Shown one piece after another: positions 1 through 9,454 of a stretch of 64,000 nt of DNA (position 1 is its first letter; each line of letters begins with the position of its first letter). The position numbers and the translations under genes were made by a program. The notes below the pieces were generated by a model that was not told where the DNA came from, made no database searches, and saw nothing but the letters and a program-made list of their open reading frames with translations. The stretch is from Acidisarcina polymorpha (GTDB lineage: Bacteria; Acidobacteriota; Terriglobia; Terriglobales; Acidobacteriaceae), in assembly GCF_003330725.1 (NCBI RefSeq), contig NZ_CP030840.1:5820116-5884115 (forward strand). The letters are read 5' to 3'.

Positions 1-1418
1 GCACGAGGAACGGACATTGCCGCTGGGACTGGTGGCGGGCTGCTTTCAGACTTGGCAGCTTGGTCTTCCATCTTCCGGTCAGTCTCGGCGCCAAAGGGCG
101 AGAACGGCACGGCTGGAAGGGAATTCGCTTTCGCCCCCGGTTGCTGGGAACTTGGACTGGCGGTTGGGGCTTGTGATGGCGGCGCCGGACTAGTGCTGCG
201 AAGCGTCCTGACTGGACCGCCGCCAGGCAGGCCGCCACCACCGGGCGTTTTTCCGGGAACTGGCAATTGACTGAGAAACTGCTCCACGGGCAGCAAGCGC
301 TGCAAGTGGACCAATTTCAAAAGGCCAAGTTCTAGATGAAAGCGCTGCTCCTGCCGGTAGTTCAGCTGATCAAAGGTGCGCAACATCACGTCCAGAAAGC
401 GAGTCAGGTCTTCTTCAGAGAACAGCATTGCCGAACGAGCGGCGCGTGCCCGCTCATCTGGAGAAATCTGCAGGAGCTCGCTGGACTCCCCGCCCAGCCG
501 GGCCATCAGGCAATTGCGCAGATAGCGAACGAACTGCCGGGCGAGCTGTGCCGGACTGTTTCCCGCATTGAGCAGACGGTTTATCTCCTCGATCACGGTG
601 GCGCTCTGGTTTTCGCTGATCGCCTCCATGAGCCGCTCGAAGACAGTATTGGGAACGCTGCCCATTAACTCAAGAATCTGCGGCGCATCCAAATGGGGCT
701 GGTCCCCGGTGACCGGAGCACTGGCGATCGCCTGGTCCATGATTGAGAGCGCATCGCGCATCGATCCGTCACCGGCCTCCGCGAGCAGAGCCAGAGCCGC
801 CGGAGTAGCCGTAACGTTTTCCTGGGCGGCGATGGTGCGCAGTTGCTCGAGAATGTCGTCGAACTTGACCGCGTGGAAGCTGAAATGTTGACACCGCGAA
901 CGGATAGTCTGCGGAATATCTTCTGGCTGGGTTGTCGCCATCATGAAGACGACGTGGTCGGGCGGCTCTTCGAGCGTCTTGAGGAGGGCGTTGAAGGCAG
1001 CGTCCGTAATCTGGTGCGCCTCGTCGAGGATGTAAATCTTGTAACGGTCGCGAGCCGGACGATAGCGGGCAGCGTCACGAAGTTCGCGAATCTCGTCAAT
1101 GCCGCGGTTCGTGGCGGCATCGATCTCAATCACGTCAACCGCATTCCCGGCGCGGATCTCGGTGCAAGATTCGCAGACACCACAAGGCTCCGCGGTCGGA
1201 CGCTGTGCGGAGCCGATGGCATTGCGGCAGTTCAGGGCCATGGCCAGGATTCGCGCGATAGTTGTCTTGCCAATGCCGCGGTGGCCGCTAAAGATGTAGC
1301 CGTGGGCGATTCTGCCCTGAGAGAGCGCATTCATCAGAGTGCGCGTGACATGGTCCTGCCCGGCGACATCGGAAAAAAATTGGGGACGATATTTACGGGC
1401 GAGTACGAGGTATGCCAT
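1..1418 (-). CDS. dnaX: DNA polymerase III subunit gamma/tau, N-terminal part; the C-terminus runs off the window start
   Basis: The reverse-strand translation from ATG (complement of 1416-1418) reads MAYLVLARKYRPQFFSDVAGQDHV...GHRGIGKTT (Walker A), then a zinc-binding CxxC..C block and ILDEAHQ / SRCQ box motifs typical of DnaX. The + strand ORF 843..1538 is its antisense shadow. Confidence 0.85.
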   Translation of the reverse strand, partial: MAYLVLARKYRPQFFSDVAGQDHVTRTLMNALSQGRIAHGYIFSGHRGIGKTTIARILAMALNCRNAIGSAQRPTAEPCGVCESCTEIRAGNAVDVIEIDAATNRGIDEIRELRDAARYRPARDRYKIYILDEAHQITDAAFNALLKTLEEPPDHVVFMMATTQPEDIPQTIRSRCQHFSFHAVKFDDILEQLRTIAAQENVTATPAALALLAEAGDGSMRDALSIMDQAIASAPVTGDQPHLDAPQILELMGSVPNTVFERLMEAISENQSATVIEEINRLLNAGNSPAQLARQFVRYLRNCLMARLGGESSELLQISPDERARAARSAMLFSEEDLTRFLDVMLRTFDQLNYRQEQRFHLELGLLKLVHLQRLLPVEQFLSQLPVPGKTPGGGGLPGGGPVRTLRSTSPAPPSQAPTASPSSQQPGAKANSLPAVPFSPFGAETDRKMEDQAAKSESSPPPVPAAMSVPR

Positions 1419-1596
1419 GGGATTCAGTTCGGGTTATCGGTGAAGCGCCTGGATCGATTGTATCGCTTGCAGCAAGATGCCTTTGTCTCAGCGAGGAGCT
1501 TCCTGCGGAAAACTCAAGCTACCGTTCACGGCAATTAAGGCCGCAACCTTCTGCGTTGAGGTGGTGTTCTTAAAGATGTAGTTGGAGGAAACGGAA

Positions 1597-2055
1597 ATGC
1601 GAAAAAGCCTTTGTAGTCTTGCACTAAGTGGTGTCCTCGCAGTTGCGGGCAGCGCAGCTTTCGCGCAAACGGATACCGCGGCCCAGCAGCAATCAGCCCC
1701 AGCGCAGAGCGCTCAACCCATGCATTACCATCAGTCGATGAGCCCCGATCAACAGGCCGATCACCTGGCCAAGAGGCTCAAGCTCTCCGCCGACCAGGAA
1801 AATCAGATCAAACCGATCCTTGCCGACAGGCAACAGCAAATGGAGGCCCTGCGCCAGGACCAGTCCATGAGCAAATCCGACAAGATGGCAAAGATGAAGA
1901 GCCTGCGCGACGACAGCAACACGAAGATCGAAGCGGTGCTGAACGATACGCAGAAGCAGAAGTTTGAGCAGATGCAAGCCAAGCAGCAGCAGCGCTGGCA
2001 GGAGCATAAGCAGGGTGGCGAGAACGGCGCGGCGCCGGCCAATTCTCCCTCTTGA
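1597..2055 (+). CDS. Periplasmic LTXXQ-motif (Spy/CpxP-like) protein
   Basis: A GGAGGAAACGGAA RBS precedes ATG 1597. Signal peptide MRKSLCSLALSGVLAVAGSAAFAQ. Two LTXXQ-like motifs (LSADQ, LNDTQ) lie in a Q/K-rich helical body. Confidence 0.6.
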   Translation: MRKSLCSLALSGVLAVAGSAAFAQTDTAAQQQSAPAQSAQPMHYHQSMSPDQQADHLAKRLKLSADQENQIKPILADRQQQMEALRQDQSMSKSDKMAKMKSLRDDSNTKIEAVLNDTQKQKFEQMQAKQQQRWQEHKQGGENGAAPANSPS

Positions 2056-2114
2056 GCATGTAGGCAAAGCATCACGAAGAGCAAACGTACAGTTGCCGAA
2101 TGCGAAGCAATCTA

Positions 2115-2150
2115 CTCGTCAGGCTAGTCCTTGTGGCAAAGCCTGACGAG
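2115..2150. terminator. Intrinsic-terminator-like hairpin between convergent genes
   Basis: An 11-bp perfect stem, CTCGTCAGGCT ... AGCCTGACGAG, with a 14-nt loop. It sits between the convergent genes ending at 2055 (+) and 2279 (-). There is no clear U-tract. Confidence 0.35.
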
Positions 2151-2278
2151 CCAACTTCCGCACATCACACCAACACAGTACTTCTGCCCTAACAGCGTAG
2201 AAAGACAGGCAAAATGGATGTCACATATCGCTTGTTGATGGCGAATGCGGCAGGCGCGAGTGACATCCAAAAGCCCGG

Positions 2279-2512
2279 CTAGAAATTGAAAAACTTCTCA
2301 CGAAGCGCCGACTCATAGGCGAGCTTCGCTGCCTTGACTTTCTTTCTCGCCACGTCCTCTCGGGCTGCGGCGTGTTCCCATTGGTCAATCTCGGCGACGG
2401 TGTGATTGACCGACGCGAGCGCCTCTTCATACCGGATTGCAGCTACCCACACATCTACAGCCGCTTTGTAACTCTCTTGCAGGCGATCGAGTTCTTCGAT
2501 TTCACTGGGCAT
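2279..2512 (-). CDS. Small hypothetical protein (77 aa), helical
   Basis: Clean ORF with coding-like composition and no recognisable motif. Confidence 0.4.
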   Translation of the reverse strand: MPSEIEELDRLQESYKAAVDVWVAAIRYEEALASVNHTVAEIDQWEHAAAREDVARKKVKAAKLAYESALREKFFNF

Positions 2513-2655
2513 GCTTGCTCTATCCTCAGGCGTCGAGTGTAGCGGTGGATTGTGAATAAACGATGTACAGCGGTAAAAGAGGGGTCTCTTACCAGGCAGT
2601 CAGGTTTCTTCACGAACGTGCGACCACTGGTAGGCTATAACTCTGAGAATCGAAC

Positions 2656-3132
2656 CTACTTCGATCGCGCGTTCCTTACGGCACCGTTATGCGAGCCTTT
2701 CCCGACGGCAGCCTTCTTTCGACGCTTCAACTCTTCGACCGAGTACATCGATCCTCGGCATTTCGCCGCACCGCAATTGCACGTGGCGGGATCTTCGTCG
2801 CCATCGTAGAGATTGTAGTCGTAAAGCAGTTCCTCGCCGGCGGCGATGTCGCGGATGGCCTTGATCCAGACGCGCCCGTCAGTTTCATCGGTCTCACAGT
2901 TCGCATCGCAGGAGTGATTGATGAACATCGCGACCCCATGCCCATCGATCACGTAAGTGCCGTCGCCTAGACCGAAAAGGTAGGTGACGATTGAGTCTTT
3001 GTATCGTTCGTCGGCTACGTCTTTGGTGATGCGCTGACCGGTGTACTCGACGATTCGGGAGCCGTTGGCGATCCGCTTTGTGGTGTAGCAACCGGCGGCG
3101 TGAATGCTGGAAGAACGAATAATCAAGCCCAT
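2656..3132 (-). CDS. SET-domain protein (putative protein-lysine methyltransferase)
   Basis: Carries NHSCDAN (the NHSCxPN SET motif), ELLYDY (the ELxFDY motif) and a C-terminal post-SET-like CNCGAAKCRG. The start is taken at the internal Met (MGLIIRSS...) because the longer ORF overlaps the + gene at 3275. Confidence 0.75.
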   Translation of the reverse strand: MGLIIRSSSIHAAGCYTTKRIANGSRIVEYTGQRITKDVADERYKDSIVTYLFGLGDGTYVIDGHGVAMFINHSCDANCETDETDGRVWIKAIRDIAAGEELLYDYNLYDGDEDPATCNCGAAKCRGSMYSVEELKRRKKAAVGKGSHNGAVRNARSK

Positions 3133-3274
3133 GGATTTCCGAGAGTATAGCAATAAGCTGGGCAGCAGGGAGGCGAAAGTTGAGAAGCTCCGTGAGCCTC
3201 CGTTGATGCGTCTAAAATGGGAGCAGTGGCGCAGGTCGAAAGACTGGAGCGAACTGCTGGTTGCCGGGGTGAGT

Positions 3275-4000
3275 ATGCAAAACCGGGTCTTCTTCGCTGT
3301 CGGACTGCTGATGGCCAGCGTTGTCGCGGTGCTCATTCCCGCGCATGCGCAGAACGCAAGTCAACCTCCGCCTGCTTCAAGTCAGTCCGATGCAGGAAAT
3401 ACCAGCGCGGCCAATAAAGACCAGAGCAAGACACACCCAGACAGTAAAACACCGCCAGAGGCTCCAGCCCCCAAAAAGAAGGCCACTACAGCTGAAGACA
3501 ACCCGTTCCCCGAAGATGTCTCGAAACAGGCGGCCGCAGCAGCGGCAGCTGATGCGAAGTCGGCGGCGACGCCGGACGCACCCGCGCCCACCGCACCGGG
3601 CTCGACGAGCGGCACGGAGGCCAATGGGAGTTCGAGCCGCGATAACATCGACAAACTTGGCTTGGACGATCCCGCGCGCAAGCAGCTCAAGCTCGAATCC
3701 CCCGACGGCTCATCCGACGTTTACGACCAAAAACGGGCAACTGAGGACGTTCGCGTGGGTCAGTTCTATTTGAAGACGGGGGACTTCAAGGGGGCTTATG
3801 CGCGCTTCAAAGACGCGACCAGCTTCAATCATGAAGATGCCGAGGCGGTCTTCTGGTTGGCCGAGGCGGCGAGGAAGATGAACCTTCCTCAGGAAGCGGA
3901 GCAGAACTATGAGATTTACCTGGAAGCAGTGCCCGATGGCCCCAACGCCAAGACCGCCCGAAAGGCGCTCGCAGAGCTAATCTCTTCGAAAAAGCCGTAG
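3275..4000 (+). CDS. Secreted TPR-like protein (YbgF/Tol-Pal-associated-like C-terminus)
   Basis: Signal peptide MQNRVFFAVGLLMASVVAVLIPAHAQ. An A/P/S-rich linker is followed by a C-terminal TPR-like helical pair (FYLKTGDFKGAYARFKDA...AVFWLAEAARKMN). Confidence 0.55.
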   Translation: MQNRVFFAVGLLMASVVAVLIPAHAQNASQPPPASSQSDAGNTSAANKDQSKTHPDSKTPPEAPAPKKKATTAEDNPFPEDVSKQAAAAAAADAKSAATPDAPAPTAPGSTSGTEANGSSSRDNIDKLGLDDPARKQLKLESPDGSSDVYDQKRATEDVRVGQFYLKTGDFKGAYARFKDATSFNHEDAEAVFWLAEAARKMNLPQEAEQNYEIYLEAVPDGPNAKTARKALAELISSKKP

Positions 4001-4051
4001 CCCAAGAGGCTTTCTAACGTAGCTCGCACTAAGTCGCTTCGATTGAGGGGG

Positions 4052-4855
4052 CTACCGGTATAAGTCAAAGTACCACTTTAGAGCGTCCATCCCTTCAAAG
4101 AGGGCAAAGATCCCGCCAGCTCCAAGGAAAGCTCCGAGCGGAATGCGAAGGGCGAGCTTCGATGCTGTCGCCAGTCTTCTACGCAAAGCAATGAGGATGA
4201 GGCCGTAAGCTGCCGCCGCTACGACAGCTAGAAATAGTGCCAGCCCAGCTTGCCAGAGCCCCATCCAGGCGGCGATCATAGCCAGCAGCTTGGCATCGCC
4301 GAGCCCAATGCCCTCTCGCCTCCGGGCGAGCCAGTAAAGCCAGCGGATCAGCATAATGAATGCCGCCGCTACCGCTGCGGCCAGGAGTGACTCTCCCGCA
4401 GCCCGCCACGCAAAGAAATGCTCTCCCGCATAGAAGCCAGAGTAGGCCACTCCTAAAGCGGTCCCCGGCACGGTGAGCGCATCCGGCAGCAGCATGGTCT
4501 CGGCGTCCATCGCCGCCAAGCCGAGCAGGAGCCAGCAAAGGACGCAAGCAGCTACTCCTTGAAAACTCATCCCAAACTGCAGAATCGAAAGCAGGAAGAG
4601 CGCCGCAGTTGTTGCCTCGATCAGTGGATAACGGCGAGAAATGTGGCTGCGGCAGGCGCGACAACGGCCTCGAAGCAGGATCCAGCTGAGTATCGGAATA
4701 TTGTCCCAACTGGATATAGGAGAGCGACATACCGGACACCGAGAACGCGGCCTGACGATCGATTCATGCTGGGGCAAGCGGCTGATGCAGACATTCAAGA
4801 AACTGCCAAAGATGAGGCCTGCAAGCACAGTAAAGATGGAGATGAGTTCCGGCAC
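4052..4855 (-). CDS. pilD: Prepilin peptidase (A24 family, PilD-like)
   Basis: N-terminal GLIFGSFLNVCISRLP, a zinc-binding CPVC...CRAC tetrad, and a C-terminal GxGDAKLLA region. The start is taken at GTG (VPELISIF...). The 409-aa ORF from 5281 would overlap mazG by >300 nt. Confidence 0.8.
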   Translation of the reverse strand: MPELISIFTVLAGLIFGSFLNVCISRLPQHESIVRPRSRCPVCRSPISSWDNIPILSWILLRGRCRACRSHISRRYPLIEATTAALFLLSILQFGMSFQGVAACVLCWLLLGLAAMDAETMLLPDALTVPGTALGVAYSGFYAGEHFFAWRAAGESLLAAAVAAAFIMLIRWLYWLARRREGIGLGDAKLLAMIAAWMGLWQAGLALFLAVVAAAAYGLILIALRRRLATASKLALRIPLGAFLGAGGIFALFEGMDALKWYFDLYR

Positions 4856-4942
4856 TCTGTAGCGAGTATAGGCGGCGACAATTTCCAGATCGAGAGTGGC
4901 CCAGGAACGCTGTTCTCCGCCGCTATCGTTTAGAGTAAAGAC

Positions 4943-5857
4943 ATGGGACTGGACGCCGAGGACCAAGGCGAAGATGTTCCGGCTGCGGCCGGACAAGTCT
5001 TTGCCGATGCGGTTGCGATCATGGCCCGGTTGCGAGGGGTCGACGGTTGTCCTTGGGACCGGGAGCAAGACTTCGAATCCATTCGCAGGTACACGCTCGA
5101 GGAGACCTACGAAGTCATCGACGCGATCGATCGCAAGGATTGGAAAAACCTCCAGGAAGAACTTGGCGACTTGCTGCTGCAGGTGTTGTTCTATGCGCAG
5201 ATGGCCGCTGAGCCCGGCTATTTCAACATCACCGACGTAATCGAAGGATTGAACCGGAAGCTGGTGCGGCGGCACCCGCATGTCTTCGGTGATCAGGCTT
5301 CTGCGGCTGCTGGAAATACATCTGCGGCTTTAGAGACGAGCGGGATCGGCGCGGAGCAGGTGTTGCGCAACTGGGAGCAGATCAAGATTGCCGAAAAGGG
5401 AAGCGTCCCGGACTTCGCTGCCAAAGCATCGGTTCTCGATGCGGTTCCACGATCCTTCCCCGCGCTGTTGGAAGCTTCCAAGCTGGGATCGAAGGCGGCC
5501 AAGAGCGGCTTCGACTGGCCGGACACCGATGGAGTCTTCGCCAAATTGGAAGAAGAGATCGAAGAATTGCGTGAAGTTATTCCGGGTCCAGAGAGAAACG
5601 CGATCAGTTCGGAGGAGCAAAATCGAATTGAGGATGAACTCGGCGATCTACTTTTTACCACAGTGAACCTGGCACGCCACCTTGGCGTCGATCCCGAACT
5701 TGCCTTGCGCGGAACCAACCAGAAGTTTCGCCGTCGCTACGCGGCGATGGAGTCTGCCTCCATCTCGCCTCTGGACCGACAGTCCGCCGATCAACTCGAG
5801 TCACTCTGGGCGGGGGCGAAGCAGGTAGAGCGCAGTCTTCCGGAGCCGACCAGATGA
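4943..5857 (+). CDS. mazG: Nucleoside triphosphate pyrophosphohydrolase MazG
   Basis: Carries GCPWDREQ, the EExYEVxDAI repeat and a second EELGDLLF MazG repeat. Two tandem MazG domains. Confidence 0.85.
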   Translation: MGLDAEDQGEDVPAAAGQVFADAVAIMARLRGVDGCPWDREQDFESIRRYTLEETYEVIDAIDRKDWKNLQEELGDLLLQVLFYAQMAAEPGYFNITDVIEGLNRKLVRRHPHVFGDQASAAAGNTSAALETSGIGAEQVLRNWEQIKIAEKGSVPDFAAKASVLDAVPRSFPALLEASKLGSKAAKSGFDWPDTDGVFAKLEEEIEELREVIPGPERNAISSEEQNRIEDELGDLLFTTVNLARHLGVDPELALRGTNQKFRRRYAAMESASISPLDRQSADQLESLWAGAKQVERSLPEPTR

Positions 5858-6723
5858 AAGCTCCGGCGCAAAAGATTCTTATCCGCCGCTGCCAGGGCTT
5901 CGACGAGTTTGACGTCTGCGTGCGGATGCAGACGGAGATCTGGGGCTATGATGTCCGGGACACGATTCCGCTTCGGGAGTTCATCGTAATCGAGCGCATC
6001 GGAGGCCAGGTTTTTGGCGCTTTCGACCTCGCCCGATCGAACGAGCCGGGTGGCGACGGCAAGAGCCTCATCGGCTTTGCCATGTCAATGCCTGGGGTGA
6101 AGGACGGGCAAGCCTATCTGCACTCCCATATGCTGGCTGTTCTTCCCGAATACCGTGACATGGGGATCGGCCGTAAGTTGAAGCTCGCGCAGCGGCAGGA
6201 CGCGCTCGCCCGTGGTATTCAGCGCATGGAGTGGACCTTTGATCCGCTCGAAATCAAGAATGCCTACCTGAATGTCGCTCGGCTTGGGGCAGTAGTTCAC
6301 AGCTATACCCCAAACTTTTATGGTGTATTCTCAAGTCGGCTGCAAGCAGGATTGCCGACCGACCGGCTCCATGCCGAATGGTGGATGAATTCTCCCCGGG
6401 TTGATTCAGCACTGAACGGCGAACCAGCTCTGTCCTCGGAAGTCGTCGAGACCATTGTCGTTCCGGGCGCGGTGCAAGCATGGAAGCAGTCCCCGGTCAC
6501 GCTGTCTGAGGCCGAGGCGGTGCAGTCTGAAGTGAGAAGGCGGTTTCTCGATGCCTTCACCCGCGGCCTCACAGTCGTCGGATTCACGAAGGAAAATAGT
6601 GGGAAGAAGTTGAACGGATCCGGTGGTGGCGAAATCAACGGCGTGTATCAACTGGGCTTTTGGCGTAGACCCGAAGTACCGCAACTCCTGAAAGCAGCGA
6701 GACAACCTTCCCATGAAGCTTGA
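5854..6723 (+). CDS. GNAT-family N-acyltransferase
   Basis: Acyl-CoA-binding motif LAVLPEYRDMGIGRKLKL (R/Q-x-x-G-x-G/A). Overlaps the mazG stop by 4 nt and sits directly upstream of the MenC-family gene. Confidence 0.55.
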   Translation: MKAPAQKILIRRCQGFDEFDVCVRMQTEIWGYDVRDTIPLREFIVIERIGGQVFGAFDLARSNEPGGDGKSLIGFAMSMPGVKDGQAYLHSHMLAVLPEYRDMGIGRKLKLAQRQDALARGIQRMEWTFDPLEIKNAYLNVARLGAVVHSYTPNFYGVFSSRLQAGLPTDRLHAEWWMNSPRVDSALNGEPALSSEVVETIVVPGAVQAWKQSPVTLSEAEAVQSEVRRRFLDAFTRGLTVVGFTKENSGKKLNGSGGGEINGVYQLGFWRRPEVPQLLKAARQPSHEA

Positions 6724-7837
6724 TGCGATTTTTCTCCGTGAATTGCGAATTCCCCTTGTTAAGCCATTTATCACCAGCTTCGGATCCACTACGGATCGGC
6801 GAATTCTGCTGGTTGAGATCAAGTCAGAGGGGCTGACCGGCTGGGGCGAGTGCGTCGCTGGTGAACATCCATATTTCAGCTACGAGACGATTGACACCGC
6901 CTGGCTGATGCTGCAGCATGAGTTGGCTCCGGCCCTGGCCGCTGCCGAGATCGCCCATAGTGGCAAATGTCCCTCGATCTTCAAGCACGTACGCGGCCAT
7001 CGCATGGCCAAGGCGGCGCTCGAGAATGCAGTATGGGATCTAGAAGCACAGATGCGGAATGTGCCTTTGGCGCAGCTGCTTGGCGGCACGAGAGATGTCA
7101 TTAACTGCGGTGTTTCGATTGGGATACAGCCATCTATTCCAGTATTACTTGAGGAAATAGAGAAAGAACTTGCGGCCGGATATCAACGCATTAAGCTCAA
7201 ATGCAGACCCGGCTGGGACACAGAAGTATTTGCCGCCGTTCGAAATCGCTGGCCAGAAATTACTCTCAGTTGCGATGCCAATTCGGCATACCGGATGAGA
7301 GACATTGAATGCATCGTCGAGTGGGACCAGTTCGATATGCTCATGATCGAGCAGCCCCTCTGGGCAGATGATTTTTATTTCCATTCCATGCTGCAGAAGC
7401 GGATGGAAACGGCGATCTGCCTGGACGAGTCAATCCGCAACCGCCGTGATGCCTTAGCCGCGATCGAGATGGAGTCCTGCCGGATCATCAACCTCAAATG
7501 CGGCCGGGTCGGCGGTTTCAGCGAAGCGATCGCTGTTCACAACGTCGCTCAGGAACGGGGTATTCGGGTGTGGTGCGGCGGCATGCTCGAGTCGGGAATC
7601 GGCAGGTCTCACAACATTGCGCTGTCCTCGCTGCCTAACTTCTCCTTGCCGGGTGATGTGTCCGCGTCCATGCGCTACTGGCAGGAAGACATCATCGATC
7701 CGGTCGTCAAAGTTTCCTCGGCTGGACAAATCCAAGTGCCCGAGACACCTGGTAGGGGCTTTGAGGTACGCACTGATCTCGTCGAGCGGTTAACAGTGCG
7801 TAAGGAAGAGATTCGTGCCATGCAGCTGGTCTCCTAA
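6713..7837 (+). CDS. Enolase-superfamily enzyme of the MenC/OSBS/N-acylamino-acid racemase subgroup
   Basis: Capping domain FGSTTDRRILLVEI. KLK general base, and metal ligands in SCDANSAY (D), IEQPL (E) and LDES (D). MLESGIG near the C-terminus. Length 374 aa. Confidence 0.8.
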   Translation: MKLDAIFLRELRIPLVKPFITSFGSTTDRRILLVEIKSEGLTGWGECVAGEHPYFSYETIDTAWLMLQHELAPALAAAEIAHSGKCPSIFKHVRGHRMAKAALENAVWDLEAQMRNVPLAQLLGGTRDVINCGVSIGIQPSIPVLLEEIEKELAAGYQRIKLKCRPGWDTEVFAAVRNRWPEITLSCDANSAYRMRDIECIVEWDQFDMLMIEQPLWADDFYFHSMLQKRMETAICLDESIRNRRDALAAIEMESCRIINLKCGRVGGFSEAIAVHNVAQERGIRVWCGGMLESGIGRSHNIALSSLPNFSLPGDVSASMRYWQEDIIDPVVKVSSAGQIQVPETPGRGFEVRTDLVERLTVRKEEIRAMQLVS

Positions 7838-7908
7838 TCCTGCCAACGTGGCGGACCGCATCGGTTGAAGATCAAAGCTGAGCAGGATCAAGAGGCGCCG
7901 TATCTCTC

Positions 7909-8136
7909 CTAAGAACGACTCCGAAGATACTCAAATAGAAGGTAGCCAACCATCGCCGCTATCAATGCGATCTCGAAATTGGAAGCCGTGAAAACATCCT
8001 TGAGCGCCCAAGCTAAGCCCTTCGCCTGCCCCATGCCAGAGCGTTCGAACTCACCCATCAGTAGGTTGGAATAAAACAGAAAGACGATGAAGGCTATTTC
8101 AATCACGGCTCGCCAAATGCTTTTCTTCATCGCCAC
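7909..8136 (-). CDS. Small membrane protein (75 aa), hypothetical
   Basis: Two hydrophobic helices (IAFIVFLFYSNLLMG, IALIAAMVGYLLF). Confidence 0.35.
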   Translation of the reverse strand: MAMKKSIWRAVIEIAFIVFLFYSNLLMGEFERSGMGQAKGLAWALKDVFTASNFEIALIAAMVGYLLFEYLRSRS

Positions 8137-8450
8137 ATGCTTCTCTTCATCTTGGAGTAGAGTAGACCACCTGTCTCCGCAATGAAAAAGGGACCGGCGA
8201 GCGAGTTCGTCGCTTTGTCTTATGCCGGGAAGGGGAGAAAGGCGGAGGACGGAACCTTAACTCTACCCTCTACGTATACGGCTTGTTCGGGAATCAAAGT
8301 GCGAGTGCATCGGTTTATGGATAGCCCGTGGCTCGAAATACGCGGCTCGAAAGTAGATCCGCACATGCCCTAGGGTGATTGCGCAAAGCGGTCCCCGCAT
8401 CTAATTGAAGGATCTGGGTTCTTAAGTGTGAAGCAGAAGGAGTGATAGCA

Positions 8451-9302
8451 ATGACGCCGCAGGAAAGCTCGATGTTGAATGACCTGGTTCGCAAAATCCA
8501 GCAGACACAATTGCCCGAAAAAGATGAGGAAGCGGAAAGATTTTTGCAGCAGAGCCTGGGAAGCAGTCCCGACGCGCTCTATATTCTTGCCCAAACGGTG
8601 CTGGTGCAAAACTTCGCGCTCGATCGCGCTAAAGCTCAGGTACAGCAGTTGCAGCAGCAGCTTCAGGATGCGCAAGCGCACCCGCAGCCAGCCCAATCTC
8701 ACAGTTTCCTGGGGAGCCTGTTAGGGCGGCACGATCCTGCTCCTGCTCCACCACTACCACAGCGAGCCCAGACGCCTCCGCAATACTACCCTCCGGCGCC
8801 TTCCTACGCACCAGATTATGCGGCTGCACCGCCCGCCGCCGCACCTTCCGGAGGCGGATCCAGCTTCCTGCGATCGGCAGCAACTACCGCTGCGGGCGTT
8901 GCTGCTGGGGCTCTGGCGTTTGAGGGAGTCGAGTCGTTGATGCATGGTTTTGGTCACGGCGGCGGAGGCGGCTTTGGCGAGCCCGGCTTTGGCGGGGGCG
9001 GCGGCTTCGGCGGAGGCGGCTTCGATGGGCCTCGAGAAGAGACGATCGTCAACAACTACTATGAGGATCCTAACCAGAACCTTGGCGGCATGCAGGAGCA
9101 TCACGAGCATGAAGCTTCCTTCGACGAGCGGCCCGGGGACGATGGTCGAGGCGCGCAACTCCAGGATGCCAGTTATACGGATCCGCAGGGAATCGACACG
9201 CTGGATGATGACCAGACGACCGGCGGACTCGATGACAGCTCCAGCTTCGATGATTCCGGGAGCTTTGATGACGGCGGCGGCGACGACTCAAGCCTCGTGT
9301 AA
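8451..9302 (+). CDS. DUF2076-domain protein with Gly-rich and acidic low-complexity tail
   Basis: GAAGGAG RBS 8 nt before ATG 8451. The N-terminus MTPQESSMLNDLVRKIQ...FLQQ fits the DUF2076 pattern. GGGFGEPGFGGGGGFGGGGF and D/S-rich repeats follow. Confidence 0.7.
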   Translation: MTPQESSMLNDLVRKIQQTQLPEKDEEAERFLQQSLGSSPDALYILAQTVLVQNFALDRAKAQVQQLQQQLQDAQAHPQPAQSHSFLGSLLGRHDPAPAPPLPQRAQTPPQYYPPAPSYAPDYAAAPPAAAPSGGGSSFLRSAATTAAGVAAGALAFEGVESLMHGFGHGGGGGFGEPGFGGGGGFGGGGFDGPREETIVNNYYEDPNQNLGGMQEHHEHEASFDERPGDDGRGAQLQDASYTDPQGIDTLDDDQTTGGLDDSSSFDDSGSFDDGGGDDSSLV

Positions 9303-9454
9303 TTCCTAAACGGGCGAACTCGAAGGCTGACCTTGATTGCGCGGCGTGGGTGCTTCCAACAGGATGCCTCCACGTCGCGCGCCATTGTCTGATCCTGGGC
9401 CGGGTCGGCGGGCACCCGATCAGCTCGACGCCTCCCTGAGACTAAGAATTGCGG

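Noticed and set aside
843-1538. 231-aa + strand ORF
   Set aside because: It is the antisense shadow of dnaX. The minus-strand translation carries Walker A and DnaX motifs. The plus-strand product has none.
4052-5281. Full 409-aa extent of the prepilin peptidase ORF
   Set aside because: The N-terminal 140 codons overlap mazG by >300 nt and lack peptidase motifs. A GTG just before the conserved GLIFGSFLN N-terminus is the more plausible start.
8137-8450. Possible structured RNA (tmRNA/RNase P/6S/SRP) in the 305-nt gap before the DUF2076 gene
   Set aside because: None of the conserved cores was found (RNase P GGAAAGUCCGG, the SRP domain IV, or a tRNA-like 3' end). It is probably just a leader or promoter.
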